From assembly GCA_021613535.1 (NCBI GenBank), contig CP075497.1:11594001-11658000 (forward strand): a DNA stretch of 64,000 nt. The letters are read 5' to 3'. The first letter of the stretch is position 1, and each line of letters begins with the position of its first letter. Positions 1-13,500 of the stretch are shown piece by piece. The notes below the pieces were generated by a model. The model worked only from the letters and a program-made list of their open reading frames with translations, did no database searches and was not told where the DNA came from. The DNA is from Adineta vaga. Lineage: Eukaryota; Animalia; Rotifera. The translations under genes and the position numbers were made by a program.

Positions 1-1101
1 AATCTAACACATCCAACCAATAATAGAGATACATCCGTTCCTATTCCAGGTAAATCCATTTCATTCAAATCTTTATAAACATCTTACATCGATTTTTACT
101 CTGTTATAGTTGTTGATCAAAATGTTAACAATGATTATCCATCATCATCTTTAGATTCTGATCTAAGCACATCACCAACTTCACATTATGCATCTTCTCC
201 AACATTGAACACGACATTTAGCGGCGAATCCACATCACCATCTTCATCATCAGCATCGAATTCGAATGTATTTATAAAACATTTCGTTTTTTCACCTGCT
301 TGTCATATTCGTATTGATTATCGTGGAAAACTTCGTAATGAACAATTATTCGAAACAGGACCATTCTTGAACTTATTAATTGGTTTAGCTCAATTAGCTA
401 AAGTTGATATTTATTTAAAACGCATTTCCTACAAACGTGGTCTATTAGGTTATGAAAAATTACTAACCTTTTTATTAAATGAATGGTTAAGTGATATACG
501 TCCAACGGATGTTATCAAAGGTATTGTACCATTATCATCGATATCACAAATTATTGTTGGAATAAAAGATTTATTTTACTTACCAATTGATCAATATCGT
601 CGTGATGGAAGAGTTTTACGTGGTATACAACGTGGTGCATCATCATTTACAACAAGTACAGCCTTAGCATTGATTGAACTAAGTAGTCAAGTCGTACGTT
701 GTGCACATTTTGCTGCTCTCTTATGTTTTGAATTGGTTTCATCATCAACAATTCCACCTAATGGAACAATATCATCCTCACCATCAACTCAAGCAATTAT
801 GGTACGAAATCATCCTCCACCTAATGATATTCGTGAAGGTGTAACGTATGCAGTTAATGTTATTCGACAAAGTTTTAATACAACATCGCATCAATTACGA
901 ACAGAAGCACAATTAGGACGACGACGAAAAGGTGTTCTAGGTGTTGTTGGTGGTTTATTAAGACAAATGCCATCCGTAGCTATACAACCGATTGTCACAA
1001 CAACAAAAGCAGCTGAAAATTTTCTTGTTGGTGTTCGAAATCAAATCGATCGAGATGAAAGAAATGATGATAAAGAAAAATATCGAAGTGAACATAATTA
1101 A
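1..1101 (+). CDS. ATG2: Autophagy-related protein 2, C-terminal part (5' truncated by window; intron ~50-109)
   Basis: FIKHFVFSP-x-IRIDYRGK, LLIGLAQL, LLNEWLSDI, G-I-KDLFYLPIDQYRRDGRVLRGIQRGASSF, P-x-DIREG and GVRNQI...KY are characteristic of the ATG2 C-terminal region. Confidence 0.9.
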
Positions 1102-2235
1102 AATGAACTGACTAACAAAAAATGCTATTTTATGTTTCGTTTTTCTCTTCTTCTTCTTCTTTTGATAAACTCGTGTCTGTTGTGTGTATCATTCTTCTTT
1201 TTTTCACGCCTTTCTTCTTTTTTGTATATTACTCTTTTGGCAATGTGTGTTTGTAAAGACTTTTTCTCTCTTCTTCTTTGATAAAAAAAGAACGAACGAA
1301 AACTTTAAGTATAAGAAGAAATTCATGAAATCGAATTTGATATTGATTATCCAATCATTTTCTTTGACTTTATTGTTTCGGTTAAAATCTCTGAAAAGAT
1401 ATATATATGTATATTTGAAAACTATCATTTTCTCATCATGAATACATGTATCGTTTTTCTATTCATTGAAAAGAATCGTCGAAGCAAAGAGGTGTAATTG
1501 TTTCTTCACTTATTCAGTCTGTCTGATATCATTATCGAGCGTGTTCCGTTTTTTCTTTCTATTCAATTCCAATGAGACTACCTGTTGTGAGAAAGAGAGT
1601 CTTTATACATTCATTCTTTATATACATATAATGAGCATCGACATGTATATTGTCATCAATGGTAAAATGATAAAATAGCATTAAAGACGATTGTATATAT
1701 TCTAATGATCAAATAATGATTGTGATAACCTGTTTTTTTCAATTCATCGATGGAATGTCATATCACTTCATTGCTAGATGAATATATGTTCTGCTTTTCA
1801 TTCTCTTCTTTCTTATATGAGAGAATGACGATGCTGATGATGGCCATTAGTCAAACGATTCGTCGTCGATGGCACCCGGGTATCGATTGTTCCATTCTCT
1901 CTTTCTTTCTTTCTCTCTCTCTCTTCTACCTGGTCATTAAATATTTCGGGCGGCAGATAAACGGCGACATTCTCAACACCCATGTCTTTATGATCTATTA
2001 TGACAGTTAGAAGGATGATGATTAAGCAAACAGAAGTGTTCTCTCTTTTCTCTCTCTCTCTCTTTCTTCCAATCTAATATATGTATGTATATATATATAT
2101 AAATGAATACAATAAGCAGGTAGACGATAAAATCGAAAGAGAATATATAAATGAGACTTTGATAATGGAATCGAACTAAAAAGTACAACTAATTCAATCG
2201 ATTAAACGAAAGACAGACAAACATTATTCCTCGAC

Positions 2236-3397
2236 ATGTTATCTTTACTTTCTTCTTCGACTTTAAAACAAAATCATCATCATCATCAATGTTCTGAATG
2301 TCGGAAATCTTTTGCAACACACAGGTAAATATTTTCATTTTATATTGTCAATTAATCAGAAAATTTCTCTAGTGGACTTAAACAACATATGCATATACAT
2401 AAAACAATCAAACCTTACACATGTGAAGTAAGAACAAATGAAAATTACGATTATCATTTTTTTTCCTTTTGAAAATCAATATAGATTTGTTCGAAAGCTT
2501 ATACTCAATCATCTAATTTATGTCGACATAAACGTATTCATTCACGTGAAATCAAATGTCCAACATGTTTAATTACCTTTCCAAATGGACAGTTCTATGT
2601 TCGACATAAGAAAACTTGTGTAGTTAATCAACATTCTCCGAAAGCGAATCTCAATGAGGAAAATAAATGTAAAGCAATTGGTGTTGCTGCAACTCAGATG
2701 TATCATTCCTTATCAACTAATTCAACAAAAGAAAGTTTAACTTCTCCAACATTTCCAATGGATGCATGGACATTATTACATAAACAAATTCTATTTCATT
2801 TATATCAACAACAACAACAACAACATCAACAGCAACAAGAAGAAGAGGAAGAGGAGGAAGACGAAGAAGGGGAAGAAAATCTATGTGATACACCATTAGA
2901 TTTAACTGTACCGAAGAAAAGTTCAATTGAAGATGAATCTAGTAATAGTATGATATCAGATGAAGATGAGGACGATGAAAAACAACAAATTGAACATCAA
3001 CAACATCGTTTGCATGGTAATGGATATTATGAATGTGAATTTTGTTCAAAACAATTTCCTCGTGCAGCGAATCTAACAAGACATTTACGAAGTCATACAG
3101 GTGAACAACCTTATACATGTTTAATGTGTACACGAGCATTTAGTATTTCATCAAATTTACAAGTAAGATTTAATTTAATTTTTCTTCTAGAAACTAATTT
3201 TATTTCTCATATAGAGACATATTCGAAGTATTCATCATAAAGAACGACCATATGGATGTAATGAATGTGGAAAACGTTTTGGTCAACAAACAAATCTTGA
3301 TCGTAATTGAATAGAATACTTTGAAATATTTTAATTCGTTCTTTTCTCGTTTATTTTAGGACATATGAAGAAACATATGATTCATCTATCTCGATAA
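2236..3397 (+). CDS. EVI1/MECOM/PRDM16/hamlet/EGL-43-like C2H2 zinc-finger transcription factor (5 exons)
   Basis: N-terminal fingers ([37 protein letters not shown]), a CtBP-binding PLDLT motif, and a C-terminal triad [20 protein letters not shown] / SISSNLQRHIR / [18 protein letters not shown] introns join the frames. Confidence 0.85.
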
Positions 3398-3667
3398 GAA
3401 GAATGATGCTTATGCACTTTGACTTTGTATTCTATGTTAATCGAATAATTTTCTTTCTCGTGTTTTTTTAGAGCTCTTTTTGCTTTTGTTTTCATTACAG
3501 TATATTGACATCTCTTTTAATCGAGTTCTTCTCTCGTTTTTTTTTGTTTATAGAAATAAATACTAAATTAAACATAAGTGAGATATTTATTTGAAAAAAG
3601 GAGAAATGCATATGACATGAAACTTTTGTTTAAATTTATCGAAATATTATGTGTTAAACGAAGTGAT

Positions 3668-5516
3668 TTATTTTATCCAATAATCTTGATGTTCTTTATA
3701 CCATTGAATTGTTTTATCTAATCCTTCATCAAAGGAAATTTTCGCTTTCCATCCTAAAGTTTTCATTGCTCCAATTGTTGTCGTAGTCGAATATCGTTTT
3801 TCCGTAAATGATCGTGCTTTAACATACACAATTGCATCTTCTGCTTTTTGATCCGAATGAAATTTTTCTAAAAGTTTCTTGGCAATATCTAAAACACATA
3901 ATTCATTTTCTCCACCAACATTATAAACCATTTTTGTCTTTCCACGATGAAATATCGTCTCAATTGCTTGAATAACATCATCAACATAAATATAAAGTCT
4001 TGTTTGTTTTCCATCACCATGAATTTTCAATTGTTCACCTTTCAATAAATTGTTGATAAATGTGGGAATGACTTTTTCAAAATGTTGTCGAGGTCCATAA
4101 ACATTACTTAAACGTACAATACAATATGATAGTTTAAAACTTTCACCATATGATTTAACAAGAAATTCTGCAGCAGCTATCGTTGCTGCATAAGGATTCA
4201 ATGGATTTAAAAGATTAGTTTCTTGATAACTTCCATCCGGTGTTTCACCGTAAACTTCATCGGTACTAATATGAATAAATTTTTGAATTTTACCATAGAT
4301 TCGAGTTGCTTCTAAAACAGAATGTGTACCATAGACATTCGTTTCAGTAAATGTAACACTATTTCCAAAGGAATTATCAAGATGAGCTTGGACAGCAAAA
4401 TGAACAATATGTGTTATGTTGTATTGTTTCATTAAATGTAAAACAATATCTTTATTACTTATATCAGCAACGATAAATGAATAATTTGGTGATGATGAAT
4501 TTTCTACATTTTTCGTATTCGAAACTGGATCTAATCGATCGATATTAATGATTTGATCATCGGGATAGGTTTCAAGCCAATGATTAATAAATGTACTTCC
4601 AATAAATCCACAACCACCTGTTACTAGAATAATTCGTGATGCATTTGGATTGAGAAGAATAGATTTTTGCTGAAGATATTCTTCGATACTTTTCGAAGCA
4701 TTAGGTATTGTAAATGATGCTTGATAGAGATGACGTGTTTCAGGTATAATCATTTGTTTATTCCATGTTTCGAATTGATCACTTAGATTTTCACCTGCGA
4801 TAATCTGTTGAACATTCAGATCACGTTTGATTTGTTTGGAAAGATATTGTTCCAACCAATGAAGTGATATCGTACCTTTATTACAAACATTAACTTGACC
4901 ATTTATCTTACTATCATGTATCAAAGCGAATAAAATAGGTAAAATATCCGAAAGAATAGTAATATGATGAGTTTCTTCAGGATCTGTTCCCCATAAAGAT
5001 TGAAATTTTGTTAATAAACCTTCTTCAGTTAATTCATCATCTGTTATTGGTGTGAAAAGTGTTGCACTAAAAACAAAACAAAAACAAACTAAGTTTTCAT
5101 TTCAAAGAATCGATTTACTTGATAATATGTGGATAAATATTGATCAATTCATCTGTTGCCTTTTGTATAATATCAATCGATAATTTCGAATCGGGAAGTT
5201 TATTTCCTATAGTTGATGTTATTAATAAAACAGGAATTGTTGAATAAGTATTGATAGTTGCTTGTGCAATGTAGAGAGGAATCAAAAGATGATCGTTCAT
5301 TGTTGCTTTAAGTGATCGATTTGTTTCGGATGTATTCTCATTCGCAATAACAATAATACGATTTGGATAATGTTTGATAATTTTCTCTTTAATATCTTCT
5401 AAGGACGATTTACCATGATGATGTTCATGAATAACAATTTGTCCAACGACGTGTAAAAGATCGTCACATTGTTTGACAATTGCATCTTGTTCATAACTGA
5501 ATATTAACCAACGCAT
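3668..5516 (-). CDS. Fusion of a degenerate NDP-rhamnose epimerase/reductase-like domain (N-terminal) and an NDP-glucose 4,6-dehydratase domain (C-terminal); one intron ~5068-5118
   Basis: The C-terminal domain has VTGGCGFIGS, STDEVYG, NVYGPRQ-x-EKVIP and HGDG-x-R, as in RmlB/TGDS/RHM. The N-terminal segment TILSDILPILFAL...GQVNVCNKGTIS resembles the plant NRS/ER segment TVLDELLPI...GIWNFTNPGVVS. Confidence 0.8.
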
Positions 5517-6590
5517 GTTCGACGTGTCTGGTTGTATTTCTTAATGAATATTAGTGCATAAATAAATCTTGTTGTTTGTTCTTTTATCTTGACGTGTGTC
5601 GGCCAATTTCTTTGCTCACTAAAAAAGAACGCAAATAATGAAAAAAGTAAACGAGAGAAAGCTTCACGACTAGATTCTTTTTTCCCCTCTTTTTTAACTA
5701 TGACTACGCACATCTGTATATCGTTACATCGCCTTGTCGCCTTTTTTTCTCGGTAGTCTGTTCAACGATTATATCGTAGAAAGAAAAATCAAATTTATTC
5801 TTAACTTGTCATTGATAATATATCAAACGATTGTGAAGGTGATTTTTTCACCTGACTTTCTTTTACTAATGTATATGTAAACATCGGTAGTCAGTCTTTG
5901 ATGAAAAATGGTTACTATGTATGTGGGATGAAAATTATATCAATCCATCGAAATAATCGACATACAAGATAAATTAGTTTTAGTTGATAGACAAAAAACA
6001 TTGTGTAGATATTCTATGATGATGAGAGAAATCGTTATATACAACGATTCCTTCAAGGACTACTATTTGTCTAAAAACTAAGATGGACGTGGGTATTTTT
6101 GCAATAATTCAGGAAGAGATGATGATGCATCTCGTAAACTCGATAACTATGAATTTTTAATACTCAGGTGTGTGAGAAATTTCTCAAGCACAGATCTGCA
6201 CAATGTCGAAAGGCTGAGCTCTCTAACTCGACTTAGTCAAAATATAGAAGCATTTTAATATGTTCTAGCAATTTTCGTAACAAACAATTCTTTTTTCAAT
6301 ATTCATTAAGAAATATTTAAGAAAACGTGTTCAAATAAATAAGTTATCTTCTCATTTGCATTGTAAAAACCGCTGCTCTATCATTTCCTGAACTATTGCA
6401 AAAATACTCACGATCATCTATAGCATCCCTTTCATTGCTCGAATTGAATTGCTTTACGAAAAAATTAATTATATTCGAAACTTCTGTAGAGGTATATGTT
6501 TGTATGAAAGTCATTCATATGGTATATATATCTTGATTATGAAGTAAACAGAAAACTTATGTTTAATAGGAAAAAAAAATTATTATTGTT

Positions 6591-6815
6591 TTAATTCTTT
6601 TTTGCCGCTGTTTTTCGGCATTCTTGCATTTTATTTTGAGTCCATTCAGCTACTGGTTGACTGTTGTTTGGATTATGAGGATGATTTGGATTTGCATTTC
6701 GTGGCATTCCTTGATAGTTTTTAGATATCGCACCACCAACTTGTCCAGCAAGAGCACCAGGCATATGATTACCAACAGCACCTTCTTTTGAAATGCCTTG
6801 TTTTTTCTCTGACAT
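6591..6815 (-). CDS. Small hydrophilic 74-aa protein of unknown function
   Basis: ATG ORF with coding-like GC and codon use in AT-rich flanks, an aaaATG context, and a splice-acceptor-like tttttacag just upstream. Confidence 0.55.
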   Translation of the reverse strand: MSEKKQGISKEGAVGNHMPGALAGQVGGAISKNYQGMPRNANPNHPHNPNNSQPVAEWTQNKMQECRKTAAKKN

Positions 6816-7311
6816 TTTGTTTCAACTGTAAAAAAAATTAATTTTTAATGCTTCTTTTTACCATCTGTCACGATATATGAATATCCTGACTGGGTATTTT
6901 TCCTCGCTTTCTTGTTTCATACGAAAGATAAACAATAGGAAATCTATCTTATATGTTACACGTAATCAGAAGATTTACAACACTCACTGCGCAATAAAAT
7001 ATCTAGAATGTTACTCATATTTGCTACACCATCTGTCGTCATTCGATTTCTTATTTGAATTATGATTCATATTACTTCACTTCTGCAACTACGAACTCGT
7101 TCTTTTCTTATTTTCTCTTGCCTCTGAAAATACTTATGAATATTTTTTTTCTTTTTCTCCACGGACGTAGGCTGATAGATGACGTCGGATTTTCTCTCTA
7201 TTTTTGCCATATATTTATATATATATACTCTGCGAACAAGTTTTTGCTCTCTAAGTTCATTTTAATCGAAAAAAAGAAAAACTCTATATACAAGTGATAT
7301 TTTAATCAACT

Positions 7312-7506
7312 ATGGGTAGTGGTTATTCATATTATCCTCCACATCATCATCATCATCCACATCACTTTAACCCAGGATTCCACTATCATCATCCGGGTCC
7401 GGCATTCGGTCCTCATCATCACCATCACATGGGTCCTGGTTTTGGATTTGGTCATCATTCTCATCATGGTGGTTTCGGTGGTGGTCACCATTTCGGTGGT
7501 CGGTAG
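7312..7506 (+). CDS. His/Gly/Phe/Pro-rich 64-aa peptide
   Basis: Intact low-complexity ORF with TATA-like ctatata at ~7283-7289 and aataaa at ~7564. Confidence 0.6.
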   Translation: MGSGYSYYPPHHHHHPHHFNPGFHYHHPGPAFGPHHHHHMGPGFGFGHHSHHGGFGGGHHFGGR

Positions 7507-10500
7507 ACATTGCTAACAAGAACTTCTCTTATATTTTATGTATACATTCTTGTATTATAAGTAAATAAATTACATTCTTTGTAGAAAAAAAACTTTCTCA
7601 GAACATGTCATGCGCACTATTCTTTTCACACACTTACAACTATTACATCTTTTCTCAAGTGATATTTATCTGATAGTTCCTTAAAAAAACTATGACGTCA
7701 GAGGGAGATTATTTTAACTTTAAAAAATAAGCATTTTCAGTCTTTTCTTTTGTTTCCTTCCATGCACAATTTCAGAAAATTTTATCTCTATCTTTATTTG
7801 ATGGCATGTTATAGCAAAAAAGAAAGAAAAAATCTGACAAATGCCATTGAAGGTTATCATAGAGTGTATTAGCCTTTGATAAGATTACCTTCGAAGGTCT
7901 TTCTTTTAAAATCGGATCAATGTATATATGCATGATAGTTAATCACAAATAGAATGCATTTCTTTCTTACAACGTTTTATTTAGTTTAACACATTGTCTT
8001 ATTAGAATTTCAATGACATTCTTCAAAAAAAAAGGTTTGTCACTCTTTTTTTTGTCAATGTTGAACTTGAAAATATAATATTTAATAGCAATTTTCTATT
8101 TGTTGTTTGAAATAACTTATTCGAGTTTTAATCTCATTTATCTACTTAACAAATATTGACTTTTTGTTCATGTTTGAACTGATTTAACCTTAGAAAAATT
8201 CTTTTTTATCTTTCAATAGCGAGAAATAATACGTTTCATCGAATTCTTCACGCTTCCTTTTCGAGGAGATATTCCAAAAACAAGAAGAAGAAGATGTCAT
8301 TGACAGAGAATCATGAATAGACGCCGAAGTTTTTTCTCTAAATTTAGAAAATAACTATTAACCTAACATCTTGAGAAATGTGCGTATTTAACATCCATTA
8401 AAGATCGAGAATAAATTGCAACAACTTGTGAGAATAGTTATATGTGAATAAAACAAGTCGATTTAATTGATTTGTCAAGCATTTTGCTATTATAACCTCG
8501 AATATCTGTTCTTGCTTCTATAAAAGTGCTGACTAAAGTTCATATTACTTCATAATGTTATTTGATAATGGTAACTAGAAGTAAGCGAATCAATGGATCA
8601 TTTTACAAGATACTTGATCATGCAAATTTAACGTTAAAATGTGATTAATACGTAATCGCACCGTTCGTTGAATGTAATTGAGTGTCTCTTTAACGTGAAT
8701 ATCATTAAAAATTCTTCATCTTTATATATATTTAACAAAACTATAGAAAAGACGAAATCTTCTTTAGCGAATTCTAATCTATGATATAAGTTAATCATCT
8801 TTCTAAGAAATTCAATTTCTCAACCTTATTTGAATTGGGATATTGAACAGATGGTGTCGTTCGATGTCACTATTTCTGTTATTCATCATTTCAATCAGTA
8901 GAACAACCGATGGTGACACATTCGACAAACACCATACAACAAGCGAGTCGAGCGTGATAATAGTCGAAAAGAGAGAGAGAGAAAGGGGAGAAAAGAGACA
9001 ATGGATTCAATTAAATGCAGTAGTAGCAGCAACAGCAGTTAGAACGACAACAAGCATCCCCTAGTGTCTATATATCTATATGTATGTATGTATGCTTTGT
9101 CATCGTTCATTCATTCAATAGACTGATCTGTTGTTCAAACAAAAGAATTCACTTTCGCCTTGAAATTTCATCCGATCTGGTGTGTTTGCGTATTAGTGGA
9201 ACAATCAAATTGTCCCCCGTTATTTTTTGAACATATAAGCATATGGATAAACATCGTATGTATACATTTGTGAATGAAGTTGAGATTGAATTAAAAGAAG
9301 AAGAAGAAGTAGTGATTTCATCAACCAGATGCCTACTCCATTGAACAGATAAGATTTACCCCTATCATCGTCATCATCATTTTCAATAGTGATTGATGTT
9401 CATTCAGAGCATTAGTTCAAAAAGATCGACTAGTTTGTCTATTTTGACATATGAGCTACCTTGGTTATCATTAATTTTCTTTTTTTCTCTCGCTATGAAC
9501 ACACATCGTTGTATATTGTTGTTCGTTCGTAAAAGACAAGAATGATCATCGTTTGATCATCTTAGTATGGGGTATATTATACATATATCTAAAGCATCTT
9601 GAATGCAATTAAACCAGATGCTCTGTAAACGACCGGCTGATTGTATTTCAAGATCAAAACAGATATAATGTTCAATCAATGTGTGAACTACATTCATATA
9701 TCATCATCACCACTATGAAAGAGAAAGAAAAATGAATGACCATGAGAGAAGTAAAGGGCGGTCGTCATAATATTTATCTTGTATCATTAACAGACAAGGC
9801 ATATACATATGTGTAAAGAAAAATGAGGGTTACACATTCTTATTTCCATTTCTCTAATAGCATCAATAGACTGCAAGGCAAGTAGAAATTGCATATGTAA
9901 AACAACTTTGTCTGTCGAAGATTATTTCATATGTAGATAATCGTCTTATGATGAATTGTTAACAGCAGATCTATATTCTTCTACTGTCCAACGTTAATCA
10001 CAGAAAATATTCCGATTAGAAATTAACATAGGTATTAAATAATCCTTAGACACATGAGAAATCGAATTGTCTATCGAGAATGAAAGAAATAGAAATCGAT
10101 GCTAATCGAACCAAATAGAAATAAGCACCGCCTGTACGAATAGAAGTCAATCTGTCCCATGTTGATTCTCTCGAGACAAACCTAGTCATGACTTGGTATA
10201 AAAATGATGAATTTTTCATAATTCTACTTGACGCATTAGAAACAGACTCTTGATCGACCGATTGCCTGATGTGTCCAGTTGCTTTTTAATTCTTTCTTTC
10301 TTTTTTTTCTTCATTTTAATCTCTGATGTGTTCACGTGTATACGCGTGGCATTTCATGTCGGTTAGTTCGAAAGAAAAAGAAACCCATTAAAAGAATACA
10401 AAGCATAGTACAACTATACATCCGGCAGCAGTTAATTCATATGACTCGTAAGTCCGGTCAGACAGTAGGTAATGATCAGCGCGGTTGACCGTGAAAATGA

Positions 10501-13500
10501 GTTATACTCATTTTACATTGTGAAAGGAGAGGAGAAGCAAAAAAAAGAGAGCAGCTCAATTCCATTTAACGAAATGCACTAGTCCGCAGGGTCACTTTTT
10601 TAAATGTACTTCGATATTTTATATTCAAGTGTTGTTTTTTCGAATTTTTCTCTCTCTCTCTCTGTCTCTCCATTCTCTTTCTTTCTAATTATTCTTTAAC
10701 GATAGTTGAACGTTATATTGCATCATACCTAATAGTTAACTGGGGATAGTGGTGATGTTTATTGTTCATATTTCATCTGGCTGTGGCATGAATGGTGAAA
10801 GGTCGTTCGTAGAAGTTCTGTCGCCTAATCCTAAATGTGCCGATTGACCGGTCGTTACACATAGATATATTTATATATGTATATGTATGTATGTATACGT
10901 AGATAGATATCTTAGAATTGAACGATCAGTTATCGGCGCAACGATTTATGTTCTTCGATAGAAAAGACAAAAGCGAGGATAAGCAACAACAACGAACAAA
11001 ATAAGAAAAATATATAGTGACCAATTATAGAACTATGTCAATTTACCGCTTCTAATGGGCAAGTACTCATCAACATCTATTATAGTTGGAAACATTTATT
11101 GAATTTTATATATATTTTTTTTTCTCGTTCATTTGCTCGTTCGTATATATATATATATATGTGTATGTGTGTCGAGAACGATTAGAGAACTTGAGGTGAT
11201 TCGTATACGAAGCGAGAAGAAAAGAAAATTACTACCGTTTACATCACGTAATTTCAACTTTTATAAACGCGAGACAGTACTGCCCGGAGGGTACTAACAT
11301 CGTTTTTCTTTCTTACTGAAAGCGACTTCTTTAAGCTTCAAAAATGGGTAGTTATATAGAAGATGAATGCATGTAAGTCGTACAGTATGTCTGCCTTCCG
11401 GACTTCGTATGTCCGTTTAAAGGCGGGCAATTAGAAGTAAAGAAAAAGAAATGTCGGAATGAAGATTACGTGATGAAGATGATGAACCGGAAACAGATCA
11501 CGTGTAATTATAGTCGAAAGTTTCTTGTCTTCTTTTTCTTTTCCTCTTTCTTTTTAACAATATATATGTATTGAATGCCAGATGTACAAAAAGTAATGGT
11601 CAGTATTCAAACAAAGCTACTTGAGTTGGACATTGATCTAGCCTCTTATAAATGATGATGATGATGATCATCATCATCATACACATTCTTGGAACAACAT
11701 TTGAATATCGACATGACCACCAACTGTTCCTCATCTAGACGATTGCATGGTGAGTTCAGTCATTTTTTCTTCGTTTTTTAATCAAATCTGACCGCAGAAC
11801 GAAAACAGACAGCTGCTGTTGCTACTAACATAATTGGCAAGAACGTTGTATTTAATAGGTGAACTACAGTGCATGCCATGTTGTTTGATGCTGTGCATTG
11901 TACGTGTTCAATTAGATATTCTCAATAAAAAATTTAACAGCCATTACATCAGAAAACTCACGTTCGGTTTCTTCTTCTTTCAAACGACATATACTATAGA
12001 TATATTGTGTAATCATCGAATAAATAGTAACGGTCAGATACTGTCAAAGAATCGTTCAGGTGAGAGACAAGATTTGTTTATTTTTGTTCATTCAACAATG
12101 AATGACAGTCTGTTTGTACAGTAGTGTTGATAGATATCCGTTCGACGCCAAGCACACTATTGTTGTCTGGCTTGCTATTCACATTACAAAATCACATTTT
12201 CTTTTTCTTCTGCTTCATTTATCAACATCATCGTTATAGAAGAATACAATCAAAAAGAGTTGCATACATTTAAATATTGAACTTTAAAATAATAAGACGT
12301 AACAAGGATTCTTCTATTTAAAGCTGTTCATCTGTAGTTAATCGTTCATTTTGATTTCTTTTATAGAAATGATGGTGATGTATGAAAGAAACAAGCATCG
12401 TTTCTATCTTTTTTTCTTCTTCTTTCTTCATGTTCTTTGGAAGCGTTGAAGCAAACAAACAATTCTATTAACTACTAAGTTTCTTATTCTTCTTCTTCAT
12501 CGAACAGACAAGGACATTAGTTTTTCTTGTTCTATTGAAGATGCTCAGCAGGTGGATGGATGACGAGATAAATGTTCTGTCATCCCACTTTTCTGTTTCT
12601 GTCAATAATGTTCGTTCTTCGTTTGAGTATTGATACAAAAAAACCGAGATAGGAGGGAGAGAGAGAGAATTGAGGAAAAGAAAACGAAGACGAGTGTTGA
12701 TATAATAGACCTCGTTCTAACCAAAGAAAGAGGAAGGAGAAAAATCTTTCTCTCTTACGTTCCCTTTCTTCTCAAGAGAGAGAGAAGGCTCATTATTACT
12801 TGTCCTATAGGCGCCGCCGAGAGACAAGTGCGTATATATATATATATTGTATATATACACATACATACATACCCAAGTCGGAAGATTAGAACACTCTCAG
12901 GTATCACCTGCACGATCTATTGTTGCGCAATCGCTTTTTTTCTATCTCTCTTTTTCTTTTGGTATCCCGATGCTAATTTTCCAGTAGGTTGCGCGTGCTG
13001 AAAATTAGTGTTAGATTAGAAGAGAGCCTTGTGTAAGTCACTCTTTCTTTTTCGGTGCACCTTGAACTAATGTCGACCTTTATTCGCCATATGAGATCGA
13101 TTTCATCTGATTGGAAATTGAAAGAAGATGAGCAAGAAGATTTGTTTACTTTTTTTCATCAATCTAATTAATCAGAACATTCTTTCACTTTCTTCTTCTT
13201 CTTCTTCTTTGATTCTTCCATTATAAGGTGTATTTGCGTGTCTCATTTCGTTCATCATTTCCTTTCTTGATTCATTTTGTTCTTAAGAATTGAGTCAGGC
13301 GAACAAGGAACAAAATATATAAGGTAGTTGAGTAGAAGCCTAAATGTCTCTTCATGAACAGTGTAAGTAGGATGGCCTTGGAAAGCTTGACTAGATGCTT
13401 GTCGGCATCTTCTCTATTGTTTCGTGTCACGCACTCTGATGTGAAGCACGTCGTCGAATGATGATAAGAGTTTTCTTTCGAGAGAAATATGTACATATAT

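Noticed and set aside
10571-10592. miR-92/miR-277-like string gaaatgcactagtccg
   Set aside because: No complementary arm nearby, and the seed mismatches miR-92.
11655-11680. Perfect palindrome (atg)n(atc)n
   Set aside because: It is a junction of two inverted trinucleotide microsatellites with no sign of function.
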